Assembly (NCBI GenBank): GCA_963820965.1
Contig: CAWGCC010000011.1
Span: 655 to 64,654 of the forward strand
DNA from: an uncultured beta proteobacterium
GTDB taxonomy: Bacteria > Pseudomonadota > Gammaproteobacteria > Burkholderiales > SG8-39
Length of the DNA stretch: 64,000 nucleotides
Direction: 5' to 3'
A model generated the notes under the pieces. That model was not told the DNA's origin. It saw nothing but the letters and a program-made list of their open reading frames with translations, and ran no database searches. Numbering within the stretch: the stretch's first letter is position 1; each line of letters starts with the position of its first letter. A program made the position numbers and the translations under genes. This document shows positions 20,034-29,833 of the stretch, piece after piece.

Positions 20034-21267
20034 CGACGAGTTCCCACTCGTGGTCCAGGTAGAACGCGCCCTCGGCGAAGTAGTCCGCGGAAACCTTGAT
20101 GCTCACGACGTTGCCGCGATAGTCGAGCAGCACGAGCCCGCCGTCGGAGAAGAGACCCACGTGGACGTAGTAGGTTCCCGGCAAGAGCGTGAGCCGCGGC
20201 ACGCGGTAGACCATCGTGTGCTCGCCCGCCGTGTCGGGAATCACGACGCCGTCGAGATGCGTGTTCGGACCGAAAACGTAGTTGCCCGACCGGTCGTAAA
20301 GGGCCACGCCGAGGAGCAGCTTCGGCAGCGGTGACTGCCGGACGCGATACGTGACCTTGACCTCCAGCCGTTCGAAGGTGGCCAATTCCCTGCGCTCGCA
20401 CTCCACGCGCACGATGCTCGCGAGCTCCTGGTGCGGCGCGGTGCCATGCACCGCATGGTGCGCGCCTTCGGCTTCGCCGGAGGCCGAGAAATCGCGGTAC
20501 TCGTCGGCGACAAGCGCCGAAGGCCCGATCGCGCGCAGCCTGCCGCGGTCGAGCCAGAGGGCCCGATCGCAGAATCGCTTGACCTGCTCGGCGCTGTGGG
20601 AGACGAACAGGATCGTCGTCCCCCTGTCCCGGATCTCGTTCATGCGCTCGATGCACTTGAGCTGGAAGGCGGCGTCGCCGACGGCGAGCGCCTCGTCGAT
20701 GACGAGCACCTCGGGATCCACGTGCACGGCCACCGAGAACGCGAGTCGCACGTACATGCCGCTCGAGTAGGTGCGCACCGGCCGATCGATGAAATCGCCG
20801 AGCTCCGCAAACGCGACGATGCGATCCAGTCGCTCCTCGGTCTCGTGACGCTTCAATCCGAGCACCGCAGCGTTCACGAACACGTTGTCGCGGCCGCTGA
20901 ACTCCGGGTTGAAGCCGGCGCCGAGCTCGAGCAGCGCGGCCGTACGGCCGTGCGCCTCCACCGTCCCTTCGGTGGGCGTCAGGATCCCGCAGGCAAGCTG
21001 CAGGAGCGTCGACTTGCCCGAGCCGTTGCGGCCGACGATGCCGACCGTTTCGCCCTTCGCCACCTCGAAGTCGACGCCGCGTAACGACCAGAACTCCTGG
21101 TACAGCTTCACCGGATGCGCATCCCACGGCAGCAGGCGGTTGACGAAGCCCGGCAGCAGCCGCTGCAGCCTTGGATAGAAAGCCTGCTTCACCCTGGCGA
21201 TCGGCGTGGGATAGACGTTGTAGCGCTTGCCGAGCCCCGCGGCGCGAATCGCGATCTCGCCGGTCAC
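20026..21267 (-). CDS. wzt: O-antigen ABC transporter ATP-binding protein with C-terminal Wzt_C domain
   Basis: GRNGSGKST, YSSGMYVRLAF, VIDEALAVGD, plus ~150 aa C-terminal extension (LLPGTYYVHVG). Confidence 0.92.
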   Translation of the reverse strand: MTGEIAIRAAGLGKRYNVYPTPIARVKQAFYPRLQRLLPGFVNRLLPWDAHPVKLYQEFWSLRGVDFEVAKGETVGIVGRNGSGKSTLLQLACGILTPTEGTVEAHGRTAALLELGAGFNPEFSGRDNVFVNAAVLGLKRHETEERLDRIVAFAELGDFIDRPVRTYSSGMYVRLAFSVAVHVDPEVLVIDEALAVGDAAFQLKCIERMNEIRDRGTTILFVSHSAEQVKRFCDRALWLDRGRLRAIGPSALVADEYRDFSASGEAEGAHHAVHGTAPHQELASIVRVECERRELATFERLEVKVTYRVRQSPLPKLLLGVALYDRSGNYVFGPNTHLDGVVIPDTAGEHTMVYRVPRLTLLPGTYYVHVGLFSDGGLVLLDYRGNVVSIKVSADYFAEGAFYLDHEWELVGE

Positions 21268-21278
21268 GTGCGCTCGCT

Positions 21279-22097
21279 CTAGACGAAGTCCGCCATCCAG
21301 CGTCGCGCGACCTGGAAAGCGGCGAAACCCACCGCCGCAAATCCGGCGCTGAGCAGCCAGAAGACCGCGAGCCCGAGCACGTCCGGGGACTCGCCCGCGA
21401 GGAGCACCGCACGCGCCTGCTCGATCGCGAAGCTCAAGGGGTTGAGGAGCGCAAGCGGGCGCAGCCACTCGGGCAGCGCCGAAAGCGGATAGAAGACCGG
21501 GCTCAGGAACAGGAGCGCGGTCGAAACGAGACCCACGACCTGGCTCATGTCGCGGATGACGACGCCGATCGGCGAGACGATCCAGGCGATGCCGAGACCG
21601 ATCAGCAGGAGCGGCGCCACGACGAGCGGGAGCCAGATCGTCGTCCAGGGCAGCGCGTGCATCACTGCCATTGCGAATACGAGCAGCACGAGCACGCCGG
21701 CGAGAAGGTTGAAGACCGCCGGCGCGATCATGGTCACGGCCAGAACTTCGAGCGGGAATACCACCTTCTTGATGTAGTTCACGTTGCCGACCAGCAGGGC
21801 CGGGCTGCGGTTCAGGCATTCGGCCAGGAAGCCGTGGACGAGCAGGCCGACGAACACCGTCAGGGCGAACTCGAGCGGTCCGCCCTGGCTCCCCGGCCAG
21901 CGCATCTTGAAGACGCCGGCGAAGACCGCGGTGTACATGGCGAGCGTGGCGAGCGGCACGAGGAGGCTCCACCCGACCCCGAGGATCGAGCCCTGGAAAC
22001 GCTGCTTCACCTCGCGGCTCGCGAGAACCGCGATCAGGTCGCGGTTTGCTGCAAGGCCTCGCAGGAGCGCAAGCGGGGATAGCGCGAGGCGGGTCAA
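21279..22097 (-). CDS. wzm: O-antigen ABC transporter permease
   Basis: REVKQRFQGSILG, NYIKKVVFPLE, FLSPVFYP, LNPL, ADFV C-terminus. Confidence 0.93.
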   Translation of the reverse strand: MTRLALSPLALLRGLAANRDLIAVLASREVKQRFQGSILGVGWSLLVPLATLAMYTAVFAGVFKMRWPGSQGGPLEFALTVFVGLLVHGFLAECLNRSPALLVGNVNYIKKVVFPLEVLAVTMIAPAVFNLLAGVLVLLVFAMAVMHALPWTTIWLPLVVAPLLLIGLGIAWIVSPIGVVIRDMSQVVGLVSTALLFLSPVFYPLSALPEWLRPLALLNPLSFAIEQARAVLLAGESPDVLGLAVFWLLSAGFAAVGFAAFQVARRWMADFV

Positions 22098-22493
22098 GGG
22101 AGCGAACGCGATCGATGGACGGCGGCGAGAAGACCGGCGGTCAAGGGCGGCGCCCGTCGACGCCGCAAGACGCGCAAGAGCGAAAGACAGGCTTCATCCT
22201 CCGGCGCCCGGCGCAACCCGATGATGGCCGCGGAAGCTCGTACATCTGTTGTAGTTGGGGCGCGGGATTGTCTCACACTCCCAACCGGCCTGAATCGAGA
22301 CGAACCGATACGCAGCCGATGCCAAGGGAGGGATGGGTGGGTCGGCCGAGACGCCGAAACGCGAGCGCTGGTCGAGCCGTCTGGCATCTGCCCGGGGATC
22401 GAGCAATCGCTAATCTACAATCGCGCGATGCATACGCTCTCGGTTCTTTTCAGCCGCCACGGCTGGCGCCTGGTCTAGGTCGGCCCTCGTCGA

Positions 22494-23288
22494 ATGCTCC
22501 GCGCCAACCTCCTGACAGCGCTCCGAGATCTCGCGCAGGGCATCGCTGCGGTCCGCATCTGGTCCACGCTCGGCTGGCAGGAGGTGCGCCAGCGCTATCG
22601 GCGCTCGACGCTGGGCCCGTTCTGGCTGACGCTCAGCACGGGCGCCATGATCGCGGGGATGGGGCCGCTGTACGGCCGGTTGCTGAACCAGGACGCCGGC
22701 GACTACTTTCCGTACCTCGCCGTCAGCCTGGTCGTCTGGCAGTTCCTCGCCGCGCTCACGACCGACGCGTGCCTCACCTTCATCGCGGCGGAGAGCTACA
22801 TCAAGAATGTCCCGCTTCCACTGACGATCCACGTGATGCGGGTGGTCTGGCGCAACCTGATCATCTTTGCGCATAACCTCGTCATCGTGGCGATCGTGTT
22901 CGTCGCCTTCACGCCCGCCATCGGCTGGCACCTCGCGGAGATTCCGGTCGCGATCGCGCTCATCCTGATGAACGCGATCTGGGTCGGCCTGCTCCTGGGG
23001 ATGCTGTGCGCACGGTTCCGCGACATCCCGCAGATCGTCTCGAGCCTCGTGCAGGTTGCATTGTTCCTTTCGCCAGTGCTCTGGAAAGCGGGCATGCTCG
23101 GGCGCAACGTGTGGGCCGCGGAGATCAACCCGTACTACCACTTTCTAGAGATCCTGAGGCAGCCCTTTCTCGGAGCGTCCGCGAGCCCGCAATCCTGGGC
23201 GACCGTCCTCGGGATCACGATGCTCGGCTCTGCCGGCGCGCTGCTCTTTTTCGCGCGGTTCCGTTCGCGCGTGGCCTACTGGGTATGA
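22494..23288 (+). CDS. wzm: Polysaccharide ABC transporter permease (second system)
   Basis: RQRYRRSTLGPFWLTL, ARFRDIPQIV, FLSPVLW, INP, RVAYWV. Confidence 0.93.
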   Translation: MLRANLLTALRDLAQGIAAVRIWSTLGWQEVRQRYRRSTLGPFWLTLSTGAMIAGMGPLYGRLLNQDAGDYFPYLAVSLVVWQFLAALTTDACLTFIAAESYIKNVPLPLTIHVMRVVWRNLIIFAHNLVIVAIVFVAFTPAIGWHLAEIPVAIALILMNAIWVGLLLGMLCARFRDIPQIVSSLVQVALFLSPVLWKAGMLGRNVWAAEINPYYHFLEILRQPFLGASASPQSWATVLGITMLGSAGALLFFARFRSRVAYWV

Positions 23289-23292
23289 GCGG

Positions 23293-24033
23293 ATGACCTA
23301 CCTGCGCGCACACGACCTCGTCGTCGAGTTTCCGATCTACGGCGCGCAAAGCCGCTCGGTGAAGAACACCCTGATGCGGGCCGCCGCCGGTGGTGTCTTC
23401 GCGCGCGATCCAGGGGACCGCGTCGTGGTGCGAGCCCTCGATCACGTGAGCTTCGAGCTGCACGAAGGCGACCGCGTGGCGCTCGTCGGCCACAACGGCT
23501 CGGGCAAGTCGACGCTGCTACGCGTTCTCGCGGGAACCTACGAACCGGTCGGCGGGCGGCTGGAGGTGCGCGGCCGCGTGGCGTCCATGCTCTCGATCAC
23601 GCTCGGGATCGACCTGGAGTCCACGGGCTACGAGAACATCCGGCTGCAGGGCCTCCTCTTCGGGATGTCCAAGTCGGCGATCGAGAGGAAGCTCGACGAG
23701 ATCGCCGAGTTCACCGAGCTCGGCGACTACCTCGCCATGCCGCTGCGCACCTACTCGAGCGGCATGCAGATGCGGCTCGCGTTCGCTGTCGCGACGAGCA
23801 TCGACCCGGAGATCATCCTGATGGACGAGTGGATCGGCGTCGGCGACGCGCACTTCATGGAGAAGGCCGACCAGCGCCTGAGCGAGTTCGTCCAGCGGGC
23901 GGGGCTGCTGGTGCTCGCTTCGCATTCCCCCGATCTCATCCGCAAGACCTGCAACAGGGGGCTCATGCTGAGCCACGGCAAAGTGGTCTGCACCGGGACA
24001 TCCGAAGAGGTTCTGGCCGTCTACACGAGGTAG
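23293..24033 (+). CDS. wzt: Polysaccharide ABC transporter ATP-binding protein, no C-terminal extension
   Basis: GHNGSGKST, YSSGMQMRLAF, LMDEWIGVGD, ASHS; 246 aa. Confidence 0.93.
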   Translation: MTYLRAHDLVVEFPIYGAQSRSVKNTLMRAAAGGVFARDPGDRVVVRALDHVSFELHEGDRVALVGHNGSGKSTLLRVLAGTYEPVGGRLEVRGRVASMLSITLGIDLESTGYENIRLQGLLFGMSKSAIERKLDEIAEFTELGDYLAMPLRTYSSGMQMRLAFAVATSIDPEIILMDEWIGVGDAHFMEKADQRLSEFVQRAGLLVLASHSPDLIRKTCNRGLMLSHGKVVCTGTSEEVLAVYTR

Positions 24034-24162
24034 CCACGCCGAGAGTGACTGCGCACGCCGCAGCAAGAACGGGGCAACACAGCCCAAAGCCCTGCCTCGA
24101 GGCGAGGCCCGAGGGAACGGTCGGATAAACTGACATGCCTCGCTGGGCACAGCCCGCTTTCC

Positions 24163-25131
24163 ATGCCGCTCGTCGACGTCGTCATCGTCAACTACAACGC
24201 CGGGCCGATGCTGGCGCGAGCCGTGGCGGCGCTCCACGCGCAAACGTTTCGTGACTTCCGTGTGGTTATCGTCGACAACGGCTCGACCGACGACTCGCTC
24301 GAGCGCCTGCCCGCCGGCCCGGCGCCCGTGGAGATCGTCCGCGCCGGGGCCAATCTCGGCTTCGCTGCGGGCAACAACCTCGCCCTGCGCCACTACGTCA
24401 GCTCTGAATGGGTCGCGCTCCTCAACCCGGACGCGTTCCCGCGGCCCGATTGGCTATCGAAGCTCCTCGCGGCAGCACGCGAGTATCCGGCGTTCAAGTT
24501 CTTCGGCAGCAAGCTCGTCGACGCGGGGGATCCCGCGCGGCTCGACGGCGTCGGCGACGTGTACCACGTGAGCGGTCTGTTCTGGCGTGACGGCCACGGC
24601 TGCGCCAGCAGCGCCGCCTACGGTGCGCCGGAAGAAGTGTTCTCGCCCTGCGCTGCCGCCGCGCTCTACCGGACGCAGGAAGTCATCGAGGCCGGAGGTT
24701 TCGATGAGGACTTCTTCTGCTATGCCGAGGACGTGGACCTGGGTTTTCGCCTGCGCCTGTACGGCCATCGGTGCCTCTACGTGCCTGACGCGGTAGTGGA
24801 GCATGTCGGCTCCGCGATCACCGGTACGCGCAGCGATTTTCAGCTCTACCACGGACACCGGAATCTGATGTGGACGTACGTGAAGAACATGCCCGGCCGA
24901 CTGTTCTGGGTGTATCTGCCCTATCACGTCATCCTCAATCTATACAGCCTGATTGCGTTTACCATACGTGGCCAGGGCAGACCGTTGTGGCGGGCGAAGC
25001 GCGATGCGGTCAAGGGACTTCGGCGCTTCTGGGCGAAACGGCGGGAAATCCAGGCGCGCCGCGTGTCGGCACCGAATGACCTGCGGCGCATCATGCGCGG
25101 CGGGCTCGTTCGGAAGCCGTGCCGGAAGTGA
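24163..25131 (+). CDS. GT2 glycosyltransferase (rhamnosyltransferase-like)
   Basis: VIVNYN, VDNGSTD, NLGFAAGNN, LLNPDA, GGFDEDFFCYAEDVDLGFR. Confidence 0.92.
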   Translation: MPLVDVVIVNYNAGPMLARAVAALHAQTFRDFRVVIVDNGSTDDSLERLPAGPAPVEIVRAGANLGFAAGNNLALRHYVSSEWVALLNPDAFPRPDWLSKLLAAAREYPAFKFFGSKLVDAGDPARLDGVGDVYHVSGLFWRDGHGCASSAAYGAPEEVFSPCAAAALYRTQEVIEAGGFDEDFFCYAEDVDLGFRLRLYGHRCLYVPDAVVEHVGSAITGTRSDFQLYHGHRNLMWTYVKNMPGRLFWVYLPYHVILNLYSLIAFTIRGQGRPLWRAKRDAVKGLRRFWAKRREIQARRVSAPNDLRRIMRGGLVRKPCRK

Positions 25132-25218
25132 GCCGCGTTCGCGAACGGTTTCGCACGACCCCGACATCGTGCACGCGTGCCGCCCCGCGGCGCACCGCCC
25201 ATCTGCTAACTTGTTGCC

Positions 25219-26319
25219 GTGAAGCCTCTTCTGCGTTCGCTGCTGGCACTTGCCGTCGTGCTTGCGATCACCGCGCTTCTGCTCGAGCTCGGACTGCGCG
25301 CTCTGACCTTGCTCCCGGAGCGCGCAGGCGGCCTCGCTTCGGACCCCGACGTGGGCATCATCGGCGTGCCGCACGTCGCGTATGGCGCGATGGTGACGAA
25401 CACTCAGGGGTTCAACGACCGGGAGCTCGCGGCCGCCGCGTTACCCCCGAAGGCGGTATTCGTCGGCGACTCCTTCACGTTTGGCGTGACGCCGTTCGCC
25501 GAGGGATTCCCCCATCGCGTGGAAGAGCTGATGGGCGGGCCCGATACCTTCCGGGTGGTGAACCTGGGCGTCCCCAGCACTGGGCCGCAGGAATACCTGG
25601 CCATGATCCGCCATCGCGCGGTATCGATGCGACCCGAATGGGTAGTCGTCACGCTCTTCGTCGGCAACGACATTCGTCAGGCGCATCCGAACTACCGCAC
25701 GTTGATTTACCTCGGCGGCGCGAGGTCCATGTACGACCCGCTTCGGCCCGGAGCGCACTGGAGCGACTACTATCTCCCGCGGGCCGCACGCACGCTGGCG
25801 CAGAGGTACCTGCCGGGAGCGCCCACCAGCGAATCCATCGCGGCTTGCGCCACGAGCCCCGCAACGACGCGCCTGAACCCGTTTCTGCTGAACGTCTATG
25901 GTGGCGAGCTCGAGATCTATGACGTCGCTGGCATCGCCAGGTTGAAAGACTCCCTCGCCGGGATGAGCGACCTCGTCGGCCAGATGGCGGCCAGCACGGC
26001 TGCCGCGGGCGCCCGCGTCCTGTTCGTGCTCGCCCCGAGCGAGATCCAGCTCGACCAGGACCTGCGCGAGAGCGTGGTGCGCTGCCGGGGCAAGCGGGAT
26101 GCGCGCTACGATTTCTTGCAGCCGCAGCGCCTCTTGGTCGAGCAGCTCGAAAAGCAAGGTCTTCCTTACCTCGATTTATGGCCGGCGTTCTCTCGCTACC
26201 CGACGAGCGCGACCTACACGCCGCTCGATACGCATTGGAACGCCTTCGGCAACGAGGTCGCTGCCGGAGCGATCGCCGCGAAGTTGAGGGAGCTCCGCGC
26301 CGCGCAGACCGCGCGCTGA
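25219..26319 (+). CDS. Membrane-anchored SGNH/GDSL hydrolase-fold protein (AlgX/AlgJ-like)
   Basis: N-terminal TM; VGDSFTFG, NLGVPSTG, FVGND, DTHWN. Confidence 0.8.
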   Translation: MKPLLRSLLALAVVLAITALLLELGLRALTLLPERAGGLASDPDVGIIGVPHVAYGAMVTNTQGFNDRELAAAALPPKAVFVGDSFTFGVTPFAEGFPHRVEELMGGPDTFRVVNLGVPSTGPQEYLAMIRHRAVSMRPEWVVVTLFVGNDIRQAHPNYRTLIYLGGARSMYDPLRPGAHWSDYYLPRAARTLAQRYLPGAPTSESIAACATSPATTRLNPFLLNVYGGELEIYDVAGIARLKDSLAGMSDLVGQMAASTAAAGARVLFVLAPSEIQLDQDLRESVVRCRGKRDARYDFLQPQRLLVEQLEKQGLPYLDLWPAFSRYPTSATYTPLDTHWNAFGNEVAAGAIAAKLRELRAAQTAR

Positions 26320-26381
26320 CGCCGACTCGCTCGGGACGCCCCGCCCGACGCCCGGAAGCCGACGGCCCCCTTCACTCGCCG

Positions 26382-27155
26382 CTATCGCGAGAGCAGATAG
26401 CGCACGACGCTCGCGACGTGCCAGCGCAGGTGGCGAAAACTGCGACGGCTCTCGCGGCGGGCGAGATGTGTCACGCGCGCGGCGGGAACCAGCCGGACGT
26501 CGAATCCCGAGCGCCGCAGCCGGCGACAGAGATCGACATCCTCGTAATAGAGGAAGTAGCGCTCGTCGAAGCCGTCGACCGCGGCGAACGCCTCGCGCCG
26601 GAACGCCAGGAACATTCCGGCAACCCAGTCGGGCGAGAAAGACTCGGGGCCGATCGCGTAGTCGAGCCGCGGCGCGAGGCCGAGCAGCTTCGCTGCCAAG
26701 CGCCACGCGGACGGAAAGCGCCGCGCGCTATCTTCCGGTTCGCCCGCCGCGTCGACGACGAGCGGCGCGGCAACGCCTACACGGGAGTCCGCGAGCTCCG
26801 CGACGAGCGCGGCGAACGGATCGGCCGAGAAGCGGATGTCCGGGTTCAGCACGCAGAAGATCGCCCCCGTCGCGCGTCGGAACGCTGCGTTGTGGTTGGC
26901 GCCGAACCCTTTCCGCGAAGGATTGGCGACAATCGTTAGCGAAAGCCGGGGCGGGATCGCGGGCGGCTCCTCGCCGACGTTCAGCGTGACGATGACATCG
27001 AGGCCGCTCCGATCCAGCCGCGCGAGATCGGCCAGAAGATCCTCGACGAGATCGCGCTGAGCGTGGCTCACCACCGACACCGTGATCGTCGGTGCAGTCG
27101 CACCGGACGACGCGCTCGCCGCGTGCCCCAGGGGCTCAGCTCCGCTTGCAGACAT
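26382..27155 (-). CDS. GT2 glycosyltransferase (WbbL-like)
   Basis: VSVVSH, GFGANHNAAF, VLNPDI, DWVAGMF, GFDERYFLYYEDVDLCRR. Confidence 0.88.
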   Translation of the reverse strand: MSASGAEPLGHAASASSGATAPTITVSVVSHAQRDLVEDLLADLARLDRSGLDVIVTLNVGEEPPAIPPRLSLTIVANPSRKGFGANHNAAFRRATGAIFCVLNPDIRFSADPFAALVAELADSRVGVAAPLVVDAAGEPEDSARRFPSAWRLAAKLLGLAPRLDYAIGPESFSPDWVAGMFLAFRREAFAAVDGFDERYFLYYEDVDLCRRLRRSGFDVRLVPAARVTHLARRESRRSFRHLRWHVASVVRYLLSR

Positions 27156-27283
27156 CCGCGAGGTGGACGACGTCGTCCTCCCGAGGGAAGGCTCGGGAAA
27201 GTGGGCCAAGTACTCGCCGAGCGCGAGCTCGAAGTCGAGCGCGTCGCCGCCGGGACCCTCGCGCAGTATCGCGAGGTGCTCGG

Positions 27284-27805
27284 TTAGCGCCCACCGGATC
27301 TGCCCCGCCGCCTCGCGCCCGGCGCTGAGGCGCCGATCGCCCGGAACAGCCGGTTGTCGAATGGATGGCGGCTCTTTGACACGACGCGGATCCCGGCCCC
27401 CTTCAGGCGCGCGGGATTGAGCAGCACGTTGAAAGCGTGCGGCGAGACTGCGCTTGGAACGCGCAGCGCGGGGGTGCGACCCGCTGCCAGCCAAGCGTCG
27501 CCAATGCTGCGCGTCAGGAGTGTTCGGCGCTTCCAGTCGGCGGGCAGCGAGCTCAGCTCGATGTCCTCGATCGCGATCTTGGCGGGGAACGCGATTCGCA
27601 GAAGCTGATAGTTTCGCGGCAGCTCTTCGAGCGACTCGACTTCAAGGTGGACGAGCGCTTCGAGCAGCGCCCCGGTCGGCTCCTCAGCGCAATAGACAAC
27701 CTCGCGACCCCTGGTGTGCCAGCGAGCACTGGCTCGCAATCCGCCCCGGCCCTCCAGGTCGGCATAGTTGCTGATACGCCAGAGGAAGCGCCGCGGTTCA
27801 GGCAA
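27284..27805 (-). CDS. RES-domain toxin (NAD+-targeting family)
   Basis: LWRI, GRGG..SARWHTRG, VVYCAE..ALLEALVH, LRVPSAVSP, NVLLNP; TTG start overlapping antitoxin stop. Confidence 0.88.
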   Translation of the reverse strand: MPEPRRFLWRISNYADLEGRGGLRASARWHTRGREVVYCAEEPTGALLEALVHLEVESLEELPRNYQLLRIAFPAKIAIEDIELSSLPADWKRRTLLTRSIGDAWLAAGRTPALRVPSAVSPHAFNVLLNPARLKGAGIRVVSKSRHPFDNRLFRAIGASAPGARRRGRSGGR

Positions 27806-28262
27806 CGTAGCCTTCGTCGATGGCGATGAGCTCCTCTTCGACCAGTTGGCCGCCTTCGGCCGTCGCCAGGAGGTCGAACGGCGTCTTGCCATCCAGCCGG
27901 CGCTTGGGCGCGTGCAGCCACTCGAGCGCACGATCCTTGTCGCCGAATACCTGCTCGGCGAGGACGACCGTCTTCCCGATACGCGCCAACCGCTCCGACT
28001 CGTCGGGGCGCAGGCGCTCGCCTCTCGCCCGGCGATGGGTCAGGGTCCGGGGTGGTGCCACCACTGCGACCTCAGTCGGCTTGAGATAGCCCTCCCGAAT
28101 GAACGCATCGAGCGCCGTCAGGGGAAGCCCCTCGCTAAGCGCTTGCGCGAGGTCGATCGGACGGTACACCGGCGGGTTCAGGGCGAGCAAGGTTGAGAGC
28201 CGCTTCCAGAAACCGGTACGCCGCCGGTAGATCGGCGACGCTTCACGTAGTACTTGGGTCAT
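27798..28262 (-). CDS. Xre/MbcA/ParS-type antitoxin
   Basis: RTLTHRR, ESERLAR, AEQVFGD..ALEWLHAPKRRLDGKTP, GGQLVEEEL..IDEG. Confidence 0.92.
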   Translation of the reverse strand: MTQVLREASPIYRRRTGFWKRLSTLLALNPPVYRPIDLAQALSEGLPLTALDAFIREGYLKPTEVAVVAPPRTLTHRRARGERLRPDESERLARIGKTVVLAEQVFGDKDRALEWLHAPKRRLDGKTPFDLLATAEGGQLVEEELIAIDEGYVA

Positions 28263-28274
28263 GTCGTGGCCTCG

Positions 28275-28306
28275 GGCAAATGCCGTCTATCGGGTGGCAT
28301 TTTGCC
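28275..28306. promoter_or_regulatory. Inverted repeat upstream of the Xre antitoxin, putative autorepression operator
   Basis: GGCAAATGCC (28275-28284) ... GGCATTTTGCC (28296-28306). Confidence 0.55.
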
Positions 28307-28349
28307 ATGAAGCGTGTCGCCGGGGCGAAGCGAGGGCAGCGCTGGACCC

Positions 28350-29774
28350 TTACACCCGCTTGTACACGTCCTCGAACCGCACGATATCGTCCTCGCCGAG
28401 ATACCCCCCGGACTGCACCTCGATGAGATGCAGCGCCACCTTGCCGGGGTTCTCGAGGCGGTGCTTGGTTCCGATCGGGATGTACGTCGACTCGTTCTCG
28501 GCGACGAGCTTCACCTCTTCGCCGCGCGTGACCTTCGCGGTACCCGAGACGACGACCCAGTGCTCGGCGCGATGGTGGTGCATCTGGAGGCTGAGCGCGG
28601 CCCCCGGCTTCACCATCAGCCGCTTCACCTGGAAGCGGTCGCCGGCGTCGATCGATTCGTAGTAGCCCCAGGGGCGGTACACGCGTCGGTGCGAGACGTG
28701 CTCGGTCCGCTTCGCCGCGTCGAGCTTGCCGACGATGTCCTTCACCTTCTGCGCTTCGTCTTTCGACGCGACGAGCACCGCGTCGTCCGTCTCGATGATG
28801 ACGGCGTCGCTCAAGCCGAGCACCGAAACCATCCGGTTCTCGGCCCGGACATAGCAGTTCTCCGACGCCTGGACGTGCACGTCCCCGCGCAGGACGTTGC
28901 CGCGCGCGTCCTTCTCGGCGACTTCCCACAGCGTCGCCCACGAGCCGACGTCGCTCCAGCCGATATCCACCGGGACTACCGCGGCGGCGTCGGTCTTCTC
29001 CATCACCGCATAGTCGATCGAGTCGGCCGGGCACGCGGCGAACGCCGTTCGATCGAGCCGGACAAATTCGAGATCGGTCGCGGCCTTCTCCCAGGCCGCG
29101 CGGCAGGCGGCGAGCATTTCCGGCGCGTGACGACCCAGCTCCTCGAGATAGCGTCGCGCACCGAACATGAACATGCCGCTGTTCCACGCGAACGTGCCCC
29201 GCTGGAGGAACCTGCGTGCGGTAGCCGTGTCGGGCTTCTCGACGAATCGCGCAACGCGGAACACGCTGTCGTGGCCGTCGATCGGTTCGCCGCCCTCGAT
29301 GTAGCCGTAGCCCGTTGCAGCGTGATCGGGCCGGATGCCGAACGTCGCGAGCAGTCCCGCCCGCGCGGCAGCGGCGCCCTTGAGGACAGCGACATGGAAT
29401 GTCTCCACGTCGCGGATCAGATGGTCGGCGGGCAGCACCAGCATCACGCCGTCCGGATCGCTCTTCTCGAGCGCGAGCGCGGCGACCGCGACCGCCGGCG
29501 CCGTATTGCGTCCGAGCGGCTCGAGGATCTGCAGGCGCGGCGGTGCGCCGATCGCGCGGAGTTGCTCGGCGACGAGGAAGCGATGCTCGTCGTTGCTGAC
29601 CACGGTCGGCGGCTCGGCGCCGGGAAGTCCGCGCAGCCGTTCGACCGTCTCCTGCAGCATCGTCCGCTCGCTGACGAGGGGCAGGAACTGCTTCGGCAGC
29701 AGTTGCCGCGACATCGGCCAGAGCCGGCTGCCGGCCCCGCCGCAGAGGACGATCGGATAGAGCTTCGGTGTCAT
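28350..29774 (-). CDS. manC: Mannose-1-phosphate guanylyltransferase / mannose-6-phosphate isomerase
   Basis: LCGGAGSRLWPMSR, GRNTAPA, FVEKP, WSDVGSW, RPWG, HHHRAEHW, GEDDIVRFED. Confidence 0.96.
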   Translation of the reverse strand: MTPKLYPIVLCGGAGSRLWPMSRQLLPKQFLPLVSERTMLQETVERLRGLPGAEPPTVVSNDEHRFLVAEQLRAIGAPPRLQILEPLGRNTAPAVAVAALALEKSDPDGVMLVLPADHLIRDVETFHVAVLKGAAAARAGLLATFGIRPDHAATGYGYIEGGEPIDGHDSVFRVARFVEKPDTATARRFLQRGTFAWNSGMFMFGARRYLEELGRHAPEMLAACRAAWEKAATDLEFVRLDRTAFAACPADSIDYAVMEKTDAAAVVPVDIGWSDVGSWATLWEVAEKDARGNVLRGDVHVQASENCYVRAENRMVSVLGLSDAVIIETDDAVLVASKDEAQKVKDIVGKLDAAKRTEHVSHRRVYRPWGYYESIDAGDRFQVKRLMVKPGAALSLQMHHHRAEHWVVVSGTAKVTRGEEVKLVAENESTYIPIGTKHRLENPGKVALHLIEVQSGGYLGEDDIVRFEDVYKRV

Positions 29775-29833
29775 GGTGATGCCGATTCTACCCGCCGCCG
29801 GGGACGGTTTTACCCCTAGAATCGCGCGGCCTT

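Noticed and set aside
27156-27494. N-terminal extension of the GT2 at 26382
   Set aside because: Overlaps the RES toxin gene and has no recognisable domain; start placed at 27155
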